Of a DNA stretch of 64,000 nt, positions 28,275-37,786 are shown piece by piece. Origin of the DNA: Cyanobacteria bacterium J06626_4 (GTDB lineage Bacteria; Cyanobacteriota; Cyanobacteriia; Phormidesmidales; Phormidesmidaceae); contig JBCBJQ010000008.1 of the NCBI GenBank assembly GCA_038523235.1, forward strand, positions 53,614 through 117,613. Reading direction: 5' to 3'. Numbering within the stretch: the stretch's first letter is position 1; each line of letters begins with the position of its first letter. A program made the translations under genes and the position numbers. The notes under the pieces were generated by a model that worked only from the letters and a program-made list of their open reading frames with translations, did not search any database and had not been told where the DNA came from.

Positions 28275-30047
28275 TTAAGAGCCAGGAGGAACGGTTTGAG
28301 ACCTCTGTAAAAGGCGGGCAAAGCGTGAGGTTGATTGGTTTGCCAAGTCCTGGCGGGGGCCATATTCAACGACTTTTCCCTGCTCTAAAACGAGGATGTA
28401 ATCGACGTGCCGGAGCGTGCTGAGGCGATGGGCAATGATGATCCCGGTGCGTCCTTGCATCAACTGTTGGGTGGCCTGCTCAACGCGACGTTCTGTCAGC
28501 AGATCAAGGCGGGAAGAAGCTTCGTCGAGAATCACTAAACTGGGGTCTCGCAGCCAGATGCGAGCAAAGGCCAGAAGCTGGGCCTCGCCCGCTGACAGCC
28601 CACCACTGTCAGCAGCGAGCAGCGTATCGAGCCCTTGGGGGTGCGATCGCAGCCAATCGAGCAGCCCCAAAGCCTCTAACGCATGCTGAATTTGGCCATC
28701 CTCAATGGCCGGGTCAAACAGCCTCAAATTATCGCGCACGCTGGCCTGAAACAGTTGCACGTCCTGGGTGACGATGCCGACCCGCTGCCGTAGGCAGGCC
28801 GGAGACACGGTCTCAAGGGGAACTTGACCTAAACCAATCGCCCCCACCTGGGGCGCATAGAACCGCAACAGCAGGCGCGTCAACGTCGTTTTGCCACTGC
28901 CAGTGCGACCAACCACCCCCAATACCTGACCGGCTGGTAAGCACCAAGAGACATCCTGCAAAGCCCAGTCATGGGGCGGGGCAGCGTCGTAACTAAACCC
29001 CACGTGGTCGAATGTGACCCCCAAGGCGCCGCTGGGCAGCGGGCGATCGCCCGCCGGGGGGAGACGTGAAGGCGTTGTGAGGAGCTCTTGTACCCGCAGG
29101 ATGCTGGCTTGGGCCTGCTGAAAATCGCTCAGTTCACTCAGAATACTCGCCATGGGCTGCCGCAACTGGTTGGTGTAATAAAAAATCAGGTACACCGTGC
29201 CGATCGTGATGGCCTGCTGAGACCAGAGGTAGGTGCCGACACTGAGGGCGATGATATTGCCCGTCGTTAACAGCGCCACTGAGCTGCTCCAGAGCACCGT
29301 TTGGGCCCAGCGCGCCCGATGAAAAATGGGCAACCACTGCTGCAGCATTTGATAGAAGCGATGCATCACATAACCGTTGCTGCCATTCGCCTGTAGGTCT
29401 TCTCGACCCGCCAGATATTCACCGAGAAAGCCAAAAAAACGAGCGCTGAGCTGGCGATAAGCCACCCAGACCGGTAGGGCAAATCGCAGGAGACGGGTCA
29501 AACCGCCGAAGGCAAATAGGACAAACAGAGTCAAACTCACCCCAGCTCGCCAATCCTCTAACCACAGCACGGCGAGAATGCCCAGCAGCAGCAGACTGTT
29601 ACCCAAGATGTAGAGGGTAAATTGAGCAAAAAAGCGAGCCAGCGTGGTGACGTCGCCATCGACCCGCTCGACCAGTTCACCTGGGGTACGAGACTGATGA
29701 AAGGAGAGATCGAGGTGTAGGCAATGGGCCGCGAGATCCGTCCGCAGCGCATTGGTAGCTTGCCAGGCAACCATTTCTCCTAAGTAGGTGCTCATCAGAG
29801 TCAATCCCTGTGTGATGAGGGCAATACTGATGAATAGAAGTGCTGCTTGCTGCAGGGATGCACCTGGCCCTGGATTGAGCGCCGTATCGATGAAGTAACG
29901 CAGAATTTGGGGATTAATGAGCTGCAGGGCAATACTGAAAAATAGGGTGATGGCCAGCCCCATCACACGCAGTCGCTGAGATTTGAGATAGCGCCCCAGC
30001 AAACGAGTATAGGGATTTGACGCGAACTGGTGAAAGGCTAATCTCAT
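28275..30047 (-). CDS. ABC half-transporter (TMD-NBD), partner subunit
   Basis: GRTGSGKTT, degenerate signature LSAGE, VILDEASS, IIAHRL. Confidence 0.92.
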   Translation of the reverse strand: MRLAFHQFASNPYTRLLGRYLKSQRLRVMGLAITLFFSIALQLINPQILRYFIDTALNPGPGASLQQAALLFISIALITQGLTLMSTYLGEMVAWQATNALRTDLAAHCLHLDLSFHQSRTPGELVERVDGDVTTLARFFAQFTLYILGNSLLLLGILAVLWLEDWRAGVSLTLFVLFAFGGLTRLLRFALPVWVAYRQLSARFFGFLGEYLAGREDLQANGSNGYVMHRFYQMLQQWLPIFHRARWAQTVLWSSSVALLTTGNIIALSVGTYLWSQQAITIGTVYLIFYYTNQLRQPMASILSELSDFQQAQASILRVQELLTTPSRLPPAGDRPLPSGALGVTFDHVGFSYDAAPPHDWALQDVSWCLPAGQVLGVVGRTGSGKTTLTRLLLRFYAPQVGAIGLGQVPLETVSPACLRQRVGIVTQDVQLFQASVRDNLRLFDPAIEDGQIQHALEALGLLDWLRSHPQGLDTLLAADSGGLSAGEAQLLAFARIWLRDPSLVILDEASSRLDLLTERRVEQATQQLMQGRTGIIIAHRLSTLRHVDYILVLEQGKVVEYGPRQDLANQSTSRFARLLQRSQTVPPGS

Positions 30048-30121
30048 TCTATCAAGAGACCATATGACGGCTTTGAGCTCGTCGATTAGGGTACGGTTAG
30101 CGCGCGCAAAATACTAGAGAT

Positions 30122-30166
30122 TTTGAACCCCAAACACACTTTTTTTGAACTCGCTGCACACTTTTT
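30122..30166 (-). promoter_or_regulatory. Putative AraC operator of the 19415/24559 type, upstream of the ABC pair
   Basis: TTTGAAC..CACACTTTTT twice with 22-bp period, preceded by CTAGAGATTTT as at 19363. Confidence 0.65.
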
Positions 30167-30249
30167 GGAGTGGCACTTTTACGGTTCTTCTGGTGCTGCT
30201 CTCGCTCATTCATGGCTTTTCCAGGAGCATGTAGGCGACTATGGTGCCT

Positions 30250-30393
30250 TTATACCAGTTCTCTGAAACTGGACTACAGATCTGCCTTTCGACTCCGCTC
30301 AAGATCTGCCTTTCGACTCCGCTCAAGGAACGTCGGCTGAGCGGAGTCGAAGCCGACTTGTCTGTGTAGCTGTAATTTGTAGAACTGATATTA
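30250..30393. repeat. MITE-like element with internal REP palindromes
   Basis: Imperfect inverted ends TATACCAGTTCT..CTACAGA / TGTGTAG..AGAACTGATATTA; internal 24-bp tandem repeat and inverted CGACTCCGCTCA. Confidence 0.7.
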
Positions 30394-30505
30394 CTAGCAG
30401 TTTGGGTGGTGAGCGGCGTCTGTTTGTCGGGTGGGCGGAGTTTTTCTTTAACTTGTGTAGAAAGTGTCACACGCCCACTTTGTTGCGCTCTCGACGGGGG
30501 CGCTC

Positions 30506-31507
30506 TCACGGTAAGGGCAACTCGCCCACCTGATGGATGACATACTGCTCGCCATCAGGGACGAGGGCGCGAAACAAGTCATTTAACATCATGTGAGCGC
30601 TGACAATGCCTGGATTGAGGAACCAAACCTCTGCCGATACCTCATGCACCTGTTCTCGCTGTACGACATCGAGTTGAGACCATAGTTGACTCTCCTGAGC
30701 CTGGGCCAAGGTCGATTCTTCTGGATTGTCTTGCACAAAGAACAGAACGTCGCCATCGATGCTGGGGAGACTTTCGAGGCTAATGATTTCATCGTGGTTG
30801 TCCCGCTGCTGACTCTCAGGGCGCGGCAGCCCGGCCTCAGCTAACACCACTCCCGGCAGGCTGTCTTCTTGGTAGATGTGAATCTGATCGGGGAGAAACC
30901 GCGCCACGGAGACAACGGTAGTGTCGAGGCGATCGCCCATTGCCTGCTGAAACTGAGCGATGCGCTGCTCATACTGCTGAATCAGTGCTTGGGCTTCATC
31001 GGATTTCCCCAAAGCCGTTGCCCAGGTCTGTATATACTCTTTCCAAGCGGCCACCTCGCCTGAGATGTCTATCAGTACGGTGGGCGCAATTTGCGACAAC
31101 TGCGGATAAAAGCTTTCAGCGAACATTGTGCCCAAAATTAAATCCGGCTGCAGCTCAACAATAGTCTCTAGATTAGGCTGGGCAAAATTGCCCACGGCGG
31201 CGATGCCTTCGGTGCGATCGCTGAGCCTGGGGGCTTCATCCCCAACGATTTGAGGCGGCGCGCTCAGAACCGCCCCAACAGGCTCTACGCCGAGTGCCAG
31301 CGCGTCCACAGCTGACCACAGCAGCACTGCCCGTTCGGGGGTTTGGGGTACGACGGTTTCACCCATCGCATGTTGAATCATGCGCCCCTCCGCAGCGGGA
31401 ATCGGCTCATCACTGGATTGGTTAGCGCCACACGCGGCAACCGTCACGACCGCCACTAAAGCCGCTAAAAAGAGCGCCATCGTCTTGATGCTGACTCGAA
31501 TATGCAT
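30506..31507 (-). CDS. Siderophore-binding lipoprotein
   Basis: Lipobox VAAC, PNLETIVELQPDLILG. Confidence 0.9.
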   Translation of the reverse strand: MHIRVSIKTMALFLAALVAVVTVAACGANQSSDEPIPAAEGRMIQHAMGETVVPQTPERAVLLWSAVDALALGVEPVGAVLSAPPQIVGDEAPRLSDRTEGIAAVGNFAQPNLETIVELQPDLILGTMFAESFYPQLSQIAPTVLIDISGEVAAWKEYIQTWATALGKSDEAQALIQQYEQRIAQFQQAMGDRLDTTVVSVARFLPDQIHIYQEDSLPGVVLAEAGLPRPESQQRDNHDEIISLESLPSIDGDVLFFVQDNPEESTLAQAQESQLWSQLDVVQREQVHEVSAEVWFLNPGIVSAHMMLNDLFRALVPDGEQYVIHQVGELPLP

Positions 31508-31521
31508 CCTGTATAAACCTC

Positions 31522-34203
31522 CTAAAACGTGACGGAAACACTGCCCACGACGGTGAAGGGCTCACCCGGTGTCGTGCCCCCCCGCCCCGCCTCGGTACTC
31601 TCGAAATAGTTGATGTCGAAGAGATTGCGAAAGTTGAGTCCAAGGCGAAAATCTTCCTGGCGGTAGTAAATAGCCGCATCGGTGCGCAGGTATTCATCCA
31701 TCGTGAAAGTATTGGCATTATCCCCCTGGCGTTCGCCCACGTAGTAAAGTCCCACCCCAAAGCCTAGTCCTGCTAAGTCACCCGACTGAATTTCGTAGGT
31801 TGTCCACAGGCTGGCCGAAGTTTCTGGGACATTGGGCGGCGTGGCACCCGCTGCAAAATCGGCACTTTCCTCAATTTCAGCATCCAATAAACTCAAGCCG
31901 GCCAGAACGTTCCACCCTGGCAAGATTTCGCCGGTCACATTGAGTTCCATGCCCCGACTGGTCTGCTCGCCAATCGGCACCACAAAGTTGGTATTGTCAG
32001 GATTCGCAGCGGCCAAGTTGGTTTGGGTAATGTCAAAGAAGGACAGGGTGGCCGCGAGTCGCCCGTCGAACAGCTCCGTTTTCAGACCCACCTCAAACTG
32101 TTCCCCTTCTTCGGGGTCGAGAAACTCGCCGTCAATCGTGGTGGCTGTTAAGCTATTGGGCTCAAAGGAGCGGCTATAGCTGGCATATATAGCAAGTTCT
32201 GGTATCGGCTGATAGACGATGCCGACTCGGGGGGTAAACGCCGTTTGAGACTGTTCATTGTCGCGGGCGGGAGTTTCAAAGATGCCCGGAATGGAAACGG
32301 CTGCAGCCGTGCTGCTTTGGGTAAAGAAATCAACCCGTCCGCCTAGCAGCAGAGTAACCTCTGGCAAGAGTTCGATTTGATCTTGCAGCAGCAACCCCAC
32401 TCGGTTGCGACTGGCGGTGGTATCCGTCGTGGTAAAGGTCAACGGCAGGTCTGGACGGGGGACGACACCAATCTCTGGATCGAATAGATTGACCGGGGGG
32501 GCTAAATCATTGGCAATAAAAAAGTCCGAGTCGTCAAAAAATACATCGACCCCCGCTAATAGGGTGTGATTGATCGAGCCCGTCGCAAATTCGCCAATCA
32601 CCTCCGTCTGAAATTCATAGCTATCGAGGTTACCGTCACTGAAGTAATAGAGGCGGGTAATCTCACCGGTTGCTTCATTCAGCCCCCCCAAGCTTTCCTC
32701 CAGCTGAGTCCGGCGGTTCACCGAGCGACTGTCGGTATAGCGAAAGCGATGACGGAGCTGCCAGTTATCACTAAAACGATGCTCTAAGCGATAGCCAACG
32801 CGGGTACTTTGGGTCCGAAAGAAGTCATCGGGTTCGCCGATAATTGTATCGAGGGAGACATCGGCCAACTCATCCCCCAGCGGAGGAATCCCTTTGTCAT
32901 AGGGGCGCTGGTCGTTGAAGTACTCTAAATTTAGGGTTAAGTCGGTGCGATCGCTCAAATCAATCGCAACTACAGGTGCGATGAAGACGCGGTCAACCTC
33001 GGTGTCATAATCGCGAAACCCATCCGCCCGCTCATAGGCCGCGTTGAGCCGATAGCGGATATTGCCCTCAGCGTCGAGCGGGCCTGTAACATCGAGCGTG
33101 GGCCGAAAGAGTCCGTAGCTGCCGATCTGAGTGGTCACCTCAGCAAAGGGGGTGTCTAACGGCTGCTTGGTGACCAAATTGATGACGCCCCCCGGCTCGA
33201 CGTTGCCGTAGAGAATCGAGGCTGGTCCTCGCAACACCTCAATGCGCTCTAGGTTGGCGGTTTCCTGAAGACCACCCTGACCATTACTGTCAGCTTCACC
33301 AGAACGAAAGCCATCGCGGAGAATGGCCGCCCCCTGAAACCCACGAATCGTAAAAGTATCGAGACCGCCGCCAAAGTTATTGCCCGGCACCACGCCCGGC
33401 ACGTTTCGTAACGCATCATTCAGGCGGATGACCTGCTGATCTTCGAGAACGGCTTCTGGGATCACCTGGATCGACTGGGGGATCTCGATCAGCGGTGTAT
33501 CGGTGCGGGTGGCGGTGGTCGCGTTGGATTCGGCATAGCCCCGGTCTTCTTCGCCAGTAACGACAATTCTCAAGGCTTCATCATCTTCACTCACTTGAGC
33601 CACTCCCGGCACCACGCTGAGCGCCAGGCCAGTGGCTGCGGTCTCGACCTCGGCAGCCGGTGCCGCGTCGGCTCCTGTAATCACTACCTGCACTTGCTCC
33701 CCCGGCAGGGCTGTGACTTGTACGAGGGCAATGCCCTCAGCAGGGGCAAACGCTAAAAACTCGTCACCTTCGGGCAGTGATAACACCGCATTGGCAATGT
33801 CGACGATCAGCGCATCGCCCGACACCGTTGTGGTCGGCTCTAGCAATTCACCGGCGGCGGTGGCCAGCAAAACCTGCAAGCCTGTCTCAGTTTCCTCCAG
33901 TTGGACGCCGATGATTTGGATGGGGGCGGTTTCGGTTTGGGCAATTGAGTCTGAGACGGTGACTCGTTGTGGTTTGTCGGTTGTCGGTTGTGGGTTCTTA
34001 GTGACAAAGCCAGGGGGGGAAGTTACATCGGGAAAAACATTGGTTGCGGGTCCTTGCGGCCGATCGAATAACCCATAACGATTAGCCAAGGACGCTCTAT
34101 CCGATAACTCTTGGGCTGCCGCCGTTTCGGCAACCGCAATCGGTAGGCTCGCGGCGGCTAAAACCCAGAGGTAATGCCAATTCTGTGACGATTTTCCCAT
34201 CAT
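31522..34203 (-). CDS. TonB-dependent siderophore receptor (FhuA-like), AMIN domain
   Basis: ATRTDTPLIEIPQSIQV, GPASILYG, C-terminal VSVTF; start moved to MMGK. Confidence 0.93.
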   Translation of the reverse strand: MMGKSSQNWHYLWVLAAASLPIAVAETAAAQELSDRASLANRYGLFDRPQGPATNVFPDVTSPPGFVTKNPQPTTDKPQRVTVSDSIAQTETAPIQIIGVQLEETETGLQVLLATAAGELLEPTTTVSGDALIVDIANAVLSLPEGDEFLAFAPAEGIALVQVTALPGEQVQVVITGADAAPAAEVETAATGLALSVVPGVAQVSEDDEALRIVVTGEEDRGYAESNATTATRTDTPLIEIPQSIQVIPEAVLEDQQVIRLNDALRNVPGVVPGNNFGGGLDTFTIRGFQGAAILRDGFRSGEADSNGQGGLQETANLERIEVLRGPASILYGNVEPGGVINLVTKQPLDTPFAEVTTQIGSYGLFRPTLDVTGPLDAEGNIRYRLNAAYERADGFRDYDTEVDRVFIAPVVAIDLSDRTDLTLNLEYFNDQRPYDKGIPPLGDELADVSLDTIIGEPDDFFRTQSTRVGYRLEHRFSDNWQLRHRFRYTDSRSVNRRTQLEESLGGLNEATGEITRLYYFSDGNLDSYEFQTEVIGEFATGSINHTLLAGVDVFFDDSDFFIANDLAPPVNLFDPEIGVVPRPDLPLTFTTTDTTASRNRVGLLLQDQIELLPEVTLLLGGRVDFFTQSSTAAAVSIPGIFETPARDNEQSQTAFTPRVGIVYQPIPELAIYASYSRSFEPNSLTATTIDGEFLDPEEGEQFEVGLKTELFDGRLAATLSFFDITQTNLAAANPDNTNFVVPIGEQTSRGMELNVTGEILPGWNVLAGLSLLDAEIEESADFAAGATPPNVPETSASLWTTYEIQSGDLAGLGFGVGLYYVGERQGDNANTFTMDEYLRTDAAIYYRQEDFRLGLNFRNLFDINYFESTEAGRGGTTPGEPFTVVGSVSVTF

Positions 34204-34286
34204 GTTCCTCACACGGTTGCTGATGCTCAACAGGAAATTGGGTCGGCGACATGACGCGCCGTCACCAAGATTGAGTGATTGAGCTT

Positions 34287-34305
34287 GAAGCGAATTATTC
34301 TCAGC
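34287..34305. promoter_or_regulatory. Fur-like box
   Basis: GAAGCGAATTATTCTCAGC. Confidence 0.6.
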
Positions 34306-34332
34306 TAGCGTAGGAGACTTTGCGATCGCTTT

Positions 34333-34373
34333 CTAGCGATTTCGGGCCTCAAACGCAATTCTTTTGCCCAGAT
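34333..34373 (-). promoter_or_regulatory. Putative AraC operator
   Basis: Aligns without gaps to 41680-41720 (CTAG..TTT.G.GCC.CAAAYGCAATTCTTT.GC.CAG); internal repeat weak. Confidence 0.55.
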
Positions 34374-34402
34374 TTCACTGCCCGCTGAAAATCAGGCAGG
34401 GC

Positions 34403-35494
34403 CTAACTAGCCTGCTGCCAAACCCGCATCTGAAACGCTTTAGGATTAAGCCCAATTTTTTGACGAAAAGCTGTGGCAAAGCGATTACGGCTGGTGTAGC
34501 CGACCGCCGCTGCCACCTCCGTGACTGACAGATCCGCAGCCATTAACAGTCGCTTGGCTTGCAACAACCGACAGTTACGCAAGTAGCCAAAGGGCGTTGT
34601 TTCGTACAGTGTGTGGAAGCCCTGGGTCAGCGTGAGCCGATTGGTGCCGACCTGTCGGGCCAGCGCTTCAATCGTCGGCGGATTCAAGATCTGGTTTCTC
34701 AAAATAGCGCCTGCCTGGTAAACATAGTCGAGGTCAGATTCGTGCCGACGACGGTGTACTATCGCCTCAAGATAAAGCCTCACGAGTGATAGGGCTTGAT
34801 GCTTTAAGTAGGTGCGGCGGGTTGCGCCCTGGTAAGGACAGCTGAAAATCTGCCCAATCACTTGCTCCATTGCCGGGGTGATCGCGCTGCGGGAAGCGTC
34901 TTGGAAGGCTAGGACCTCGTCATAGAGCGCATCGGTCAAAATTTGCTCAAGGGTGAGTTGCAGCCCCGGTGTCCTAGCCCGACCGAAAATCTGGTTGAGC
35001 ATGCCCATCATGGTTGAGCTGGAGCCGCCCCCCTGGTGTCGATAGATGGATTGAATGATGCCCTCGGTGTGGCTTTGGGTTTGCGGTGACAAACGCTCTA
35101 CGAATGCTTGACAATAGGTCGTGAGAGCCGGTGGCTTAAACCAAACTTCAATGTTGAAAAACCGTTTTTGCGCCGGTTTGATTTCAAACTCTCTCAGACC
35201 AAAATGCGGAATAAAAGAGCTATAACCAGCATCACGACCCGCTAATCGAAATTCAAATTCTATGGAATGATGGCTATCTACCCGGCCAACAACCCGATGC
35301 TGATTGAGGCTATAGTCGTGAATGCTCAGGGCCAAATCATCTTGCAGTGGAATGAATTGACTGTAGCCTTGCCCAACTTGAGATGAAAAGACTTCAATGT
35401 TATCAGTCTCATCGGCATGAAACAGTCGTGAATTGTTGGGGCTGCCGGGCAACAACCAATCATCGGAACGACTCAAGACCAACGGTGTTTTCAT
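34403..35494 (-). CDS. AraC/PchR-family regulator
   Basis: Double HTH; paralog of 41761..42870; start moved to MKTP. Confidence 0.92.
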   Translation of the reverse strand: MKTPLVLSRSDDWLLPGSPNNSRLFHADETDNIEVFSSQVGQGYSQFIPLQDDLALSIHDYSLNQHRVVGRVDSHHSIEFEFRLAGRDAGYSSFIPHFGLREFEIKPAQKRFFNIEVWFKPPALTTYCQAFVERLSPQTQSHTEGIIQSIYRHQGGGSSSTMMGMLNQIFGRARTPGLQLTLEQILTDALYDEVLAFQDASRSAITPAMEQVIGQIFSCPYQGATRRTYLKHQALSLVRLYLEAIVHRRRHESDLDYVYQAGAILRNQILNPPTIEALARQVGTNRLTLTQGFHTLYETTPFGYLRNCRLLQAKRLLMAADLSVTEVAAAVGYTSRNRFATAFRQKIGLNPKAFQMRVWQQAS

Positions 35495-35524
35495 AGAGGC
35501 ATGCAGTTCAAAAACTGACAATCA

Positions 35525-35543
35525 ATTGCGAATTTCTCTCATT
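35525..35543. promoter_or_regulatory. Fur-like box upstream of AraC
   Basis: ATTGCGAATTTCTCTCATT. Confidence 0.7.
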
Positions 35544-35634
35544 AACTACAGGAGGGTTAGAGAGCTTGATATCGCTGCTTCAGCATCAGCTCTGGGGCGA
35601 GCGTGGTTTGCTGAAGTCGTGTCTAAAGTGTCAT

Positions 35635-36282
35635 TTACTCAGCTAGGGTCTCTTCCCGCCGATCCTGCACAGTGCTGAGATTTTCTTGAGCAGCGGTAAA
35701 ATCCGGCTCAATCTTTAACGCCTGCTCATAGGCGGCGATCGCGGCTTCATACTGCGCTAAATTTGCCAGTGCCGTGCCCAGGTTATTGTAGGCTTCGGCA
35801 TAATCGGGCTGCAGCTCTACCGCCCTTTGGTAGGCGGCAACAGCCTCTTCCCCAGCCAGCAAGTTGCCTAAATTGTTGTACACTTCCGCCACTGCCGGGT
35901 CGAGTTCGAGCGCTTGTTGATAGGCCGCGATCGCCTCGTCATAGGCTTCTAACTCAACTAACACAACCCCCAGATTGTTGTAAATGGTGGCGCTATCAGG
36001 GTCGAGGGCAATGGCTTGTTGGTAGGCGGCTGCCGCCCCCTCTAAATCACCCAGATAGTAAAGCGTCGCGCCCAAGTTGTTGTGCGCGTCGGGATTGTCG
36101 GGTTGGAGTTCGATCAACTGCTGCCACGCCGCGGCGGCGGCCTCATACTCACCGGCTTCATAGGCTTCCAGCCCAGTTTGGATCACCTCTTGGGCCGACT
36201 GAGCCGCCACCGGTAGCGAGGGCAGCACCGCCATCCCGAGGGCCAAGAGAGAGGCCCAGCCAACAGATCCCAGGGTTTTCAT
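35635..36282 (-). CDS. Exported tetratricopeptide-repeat protein
   Basis: Signal peptide, repeated YNNLG...A..AY..A..L.P TPR units. Confidence 0.88.
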   Translation of the reverse strand: MKTLGSVGWASLLALGMAVLPSLPVAAQSAQEVIQTGLEAYEAGEYEAAAAAWQQLIELQPDNPDAHNNLGATLYYLGDLEGAAAAYQQAIALDPDSATIYNNLGVVLVELEAYDEAIAAYQQALELDPAVAEVYNNLGNLLAGEEAVAAYQRAVELQPDYAEAYNNLGTALANLAQYEAAIAAYEQALKIEPDFTAAQENLSTVQDRREETLAE

Positions 36283-36327
36283 CGGTTGCACAACTCCGCA
36301 ACAAGACTTTGGTGAATCTTAGCGTTA

Positions 36328-36346
36328 GTTGCAAGCCTTTCTCAAT
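36328..36346. promoter_or_regulatory. Fur-like box upstream of TPR gene
   Basis: GTTGCAAGCCTTTCTCAAT. Confidence 0.65.
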
Positions 36347-36493
36347 TAAATGATCATCTTCGCCGTATGACATCACGGTTGGCGTGGCGGCATCAGGCCC
36401 CTGAACTGACGTTTGCGACTGGGGGCGCATCAGTTCTGCCGGCATGTGTCCAGTCCGGTATCGCCAGGATTGGTGGTGGAAGAGGCTGGGTTC

Positions 36494-37786
36494 TCAAGGG
36501 TCGGGTAGCGTCGATTCCACGGTGCGCAGGGGGCGGTAGAGGTAGCCGCCGAGACCGATGAGAATCATGGCGATCGCCGCACCGGTATAGAGCACCGCCA
36601 TCCCTGCCCCGCGCCCCGTACCAAAAGTGGCCCCCAATAGCGGCGCGAGTCGTCCCCCTGGCATCATGGCCGGTTCAAAGACGCGATCGGCCAGGGGGCC
36701 AGCAGCCAAACGCCCCAAAGGCGACATCAGTCCCTTGATCAGCAGACTGATGGAGAATACGCGGCCCTGTAGATCTGACGGCACCTTGTTCAGCCAGATG
36801 GCATTGCCAGAGCTGCCCATCAACGGAAAGTTGAACGCTAAGCCAAACTGCATGGGCAGCCACTGGGTCAAGCTGTGCCCGAGGCCAAACCCGAGGCGGC
36901 AGAAACCGGCCCCGATCATGCCCAGCAGCACGCCATGAATGCGGGGGCGGGGGCCGCCCCAAACCGTGATCAAGAGAGCGCCTGCCACCCCGCCCACTCC
37001 CGCGATCGCATAGACCGCTGCGAGCACCGGCGCCGACCCGTTGCTGCGGGCCAAAATCATCGGCGCATGCAGGGCCGACGAGAGTTGAAAGGCTAGTTGA
37101 AACAGGGCGGCGGTGACCAAAATGCCCATCAAGCCAGGCCGCTGCCAGAGGTAGCGCCAGCCGAACGCGAGGTCTTGGCGCATGGTGAGCGGCGTCGCGG
37201 GTGGCGGTGGCTGGGGAATCGTGCTCCCAATCACGGTGGCGATCGCGATCGCAAAGGTGCCCAAATCGGCCAGCAGAATGCCAGTTAAACCGACGACGGG
37301 AAACAGAGTGCCTGCGATCGCAGGGCCAAAAATACTCGCGCCATACCCCGACAAAAAATTCAGACTCAACGCCCGACTATAGTGGCGTTCGGGCACCATG
37401 AGCGTCATGGAGGTGGTGTAGGCCAGCTGTTGCAGTTGCCCAAACATCCCGGTGATGGCTCCGGCACTGTATAGATGCCAAATTTGCAGCTGGCCGTTGA
37501 CCTGCAGCGCCAAAATCACGAGGGTTGCCAGGGCGGCAACAGTGTCTCCCGCGATCATCAGCCGTTTGCGACTGCAGCGATCGACAATCACCCCAGCCAA
37601 GGGCATGGTGAGCAGCTGGGGCAACTGGGTAAAAAAGCCTACTAGGGCCAGGGCGGTGGCCTGGTGGGTCAGGTCCCAAATCCACAGCGTCATGGCGAAA
37701 TGGGTCATGCGGCCCCCCACATTAGAGCCCAGTTGCCCCAGCCAAATGGTCAGAAAGGTGCGCAGCGACGCGGGTATCGGGCTCAC
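36494..37786 (-). CDS. MFS transporter (DHA3/EntS-like)
   Basis: Paralog of 4713..5993; GTG start overlaps the binding-protein stop. Confidence 0.9.
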   Translation of the reverse strand: MSPIPASLRTFLTIWLGQLGSNVGGRMTHFAMTLWIWDLTHQATALALVGFFTQLPQLLTMPLAGVIVDRCSRKRLMIAGDTVAALATLVILALQVNGQLQIWHLYSAGAITGMFGQLQQLAYTTSMTLMVPERHYSRALSLNFLSGYGASIFGPAIAGTLFPVVGLTGILLADLGTFAIAIATVIGSTIPQPPPPATPLTMRQDLAFGWRYLWQRPGLMGILVTAALFQLAFQLSSALHAPMILARSNGSAPVLAAVYAIAGVGGVAGALLITVWGGPRPRIHGVLLGMIGAGFCRLGFGLGHSLTQWLPMQFGLAFNFPLMGSSGNAIWLNKVPSDLQGRVFSISLLIKGLMSPLGRLAAGPLADRVFEPAMMPGGRLAPLLGATFGTGRGAGMAVLYTGAAIAMILIGLGGYLYRPLRTVESTLPDP

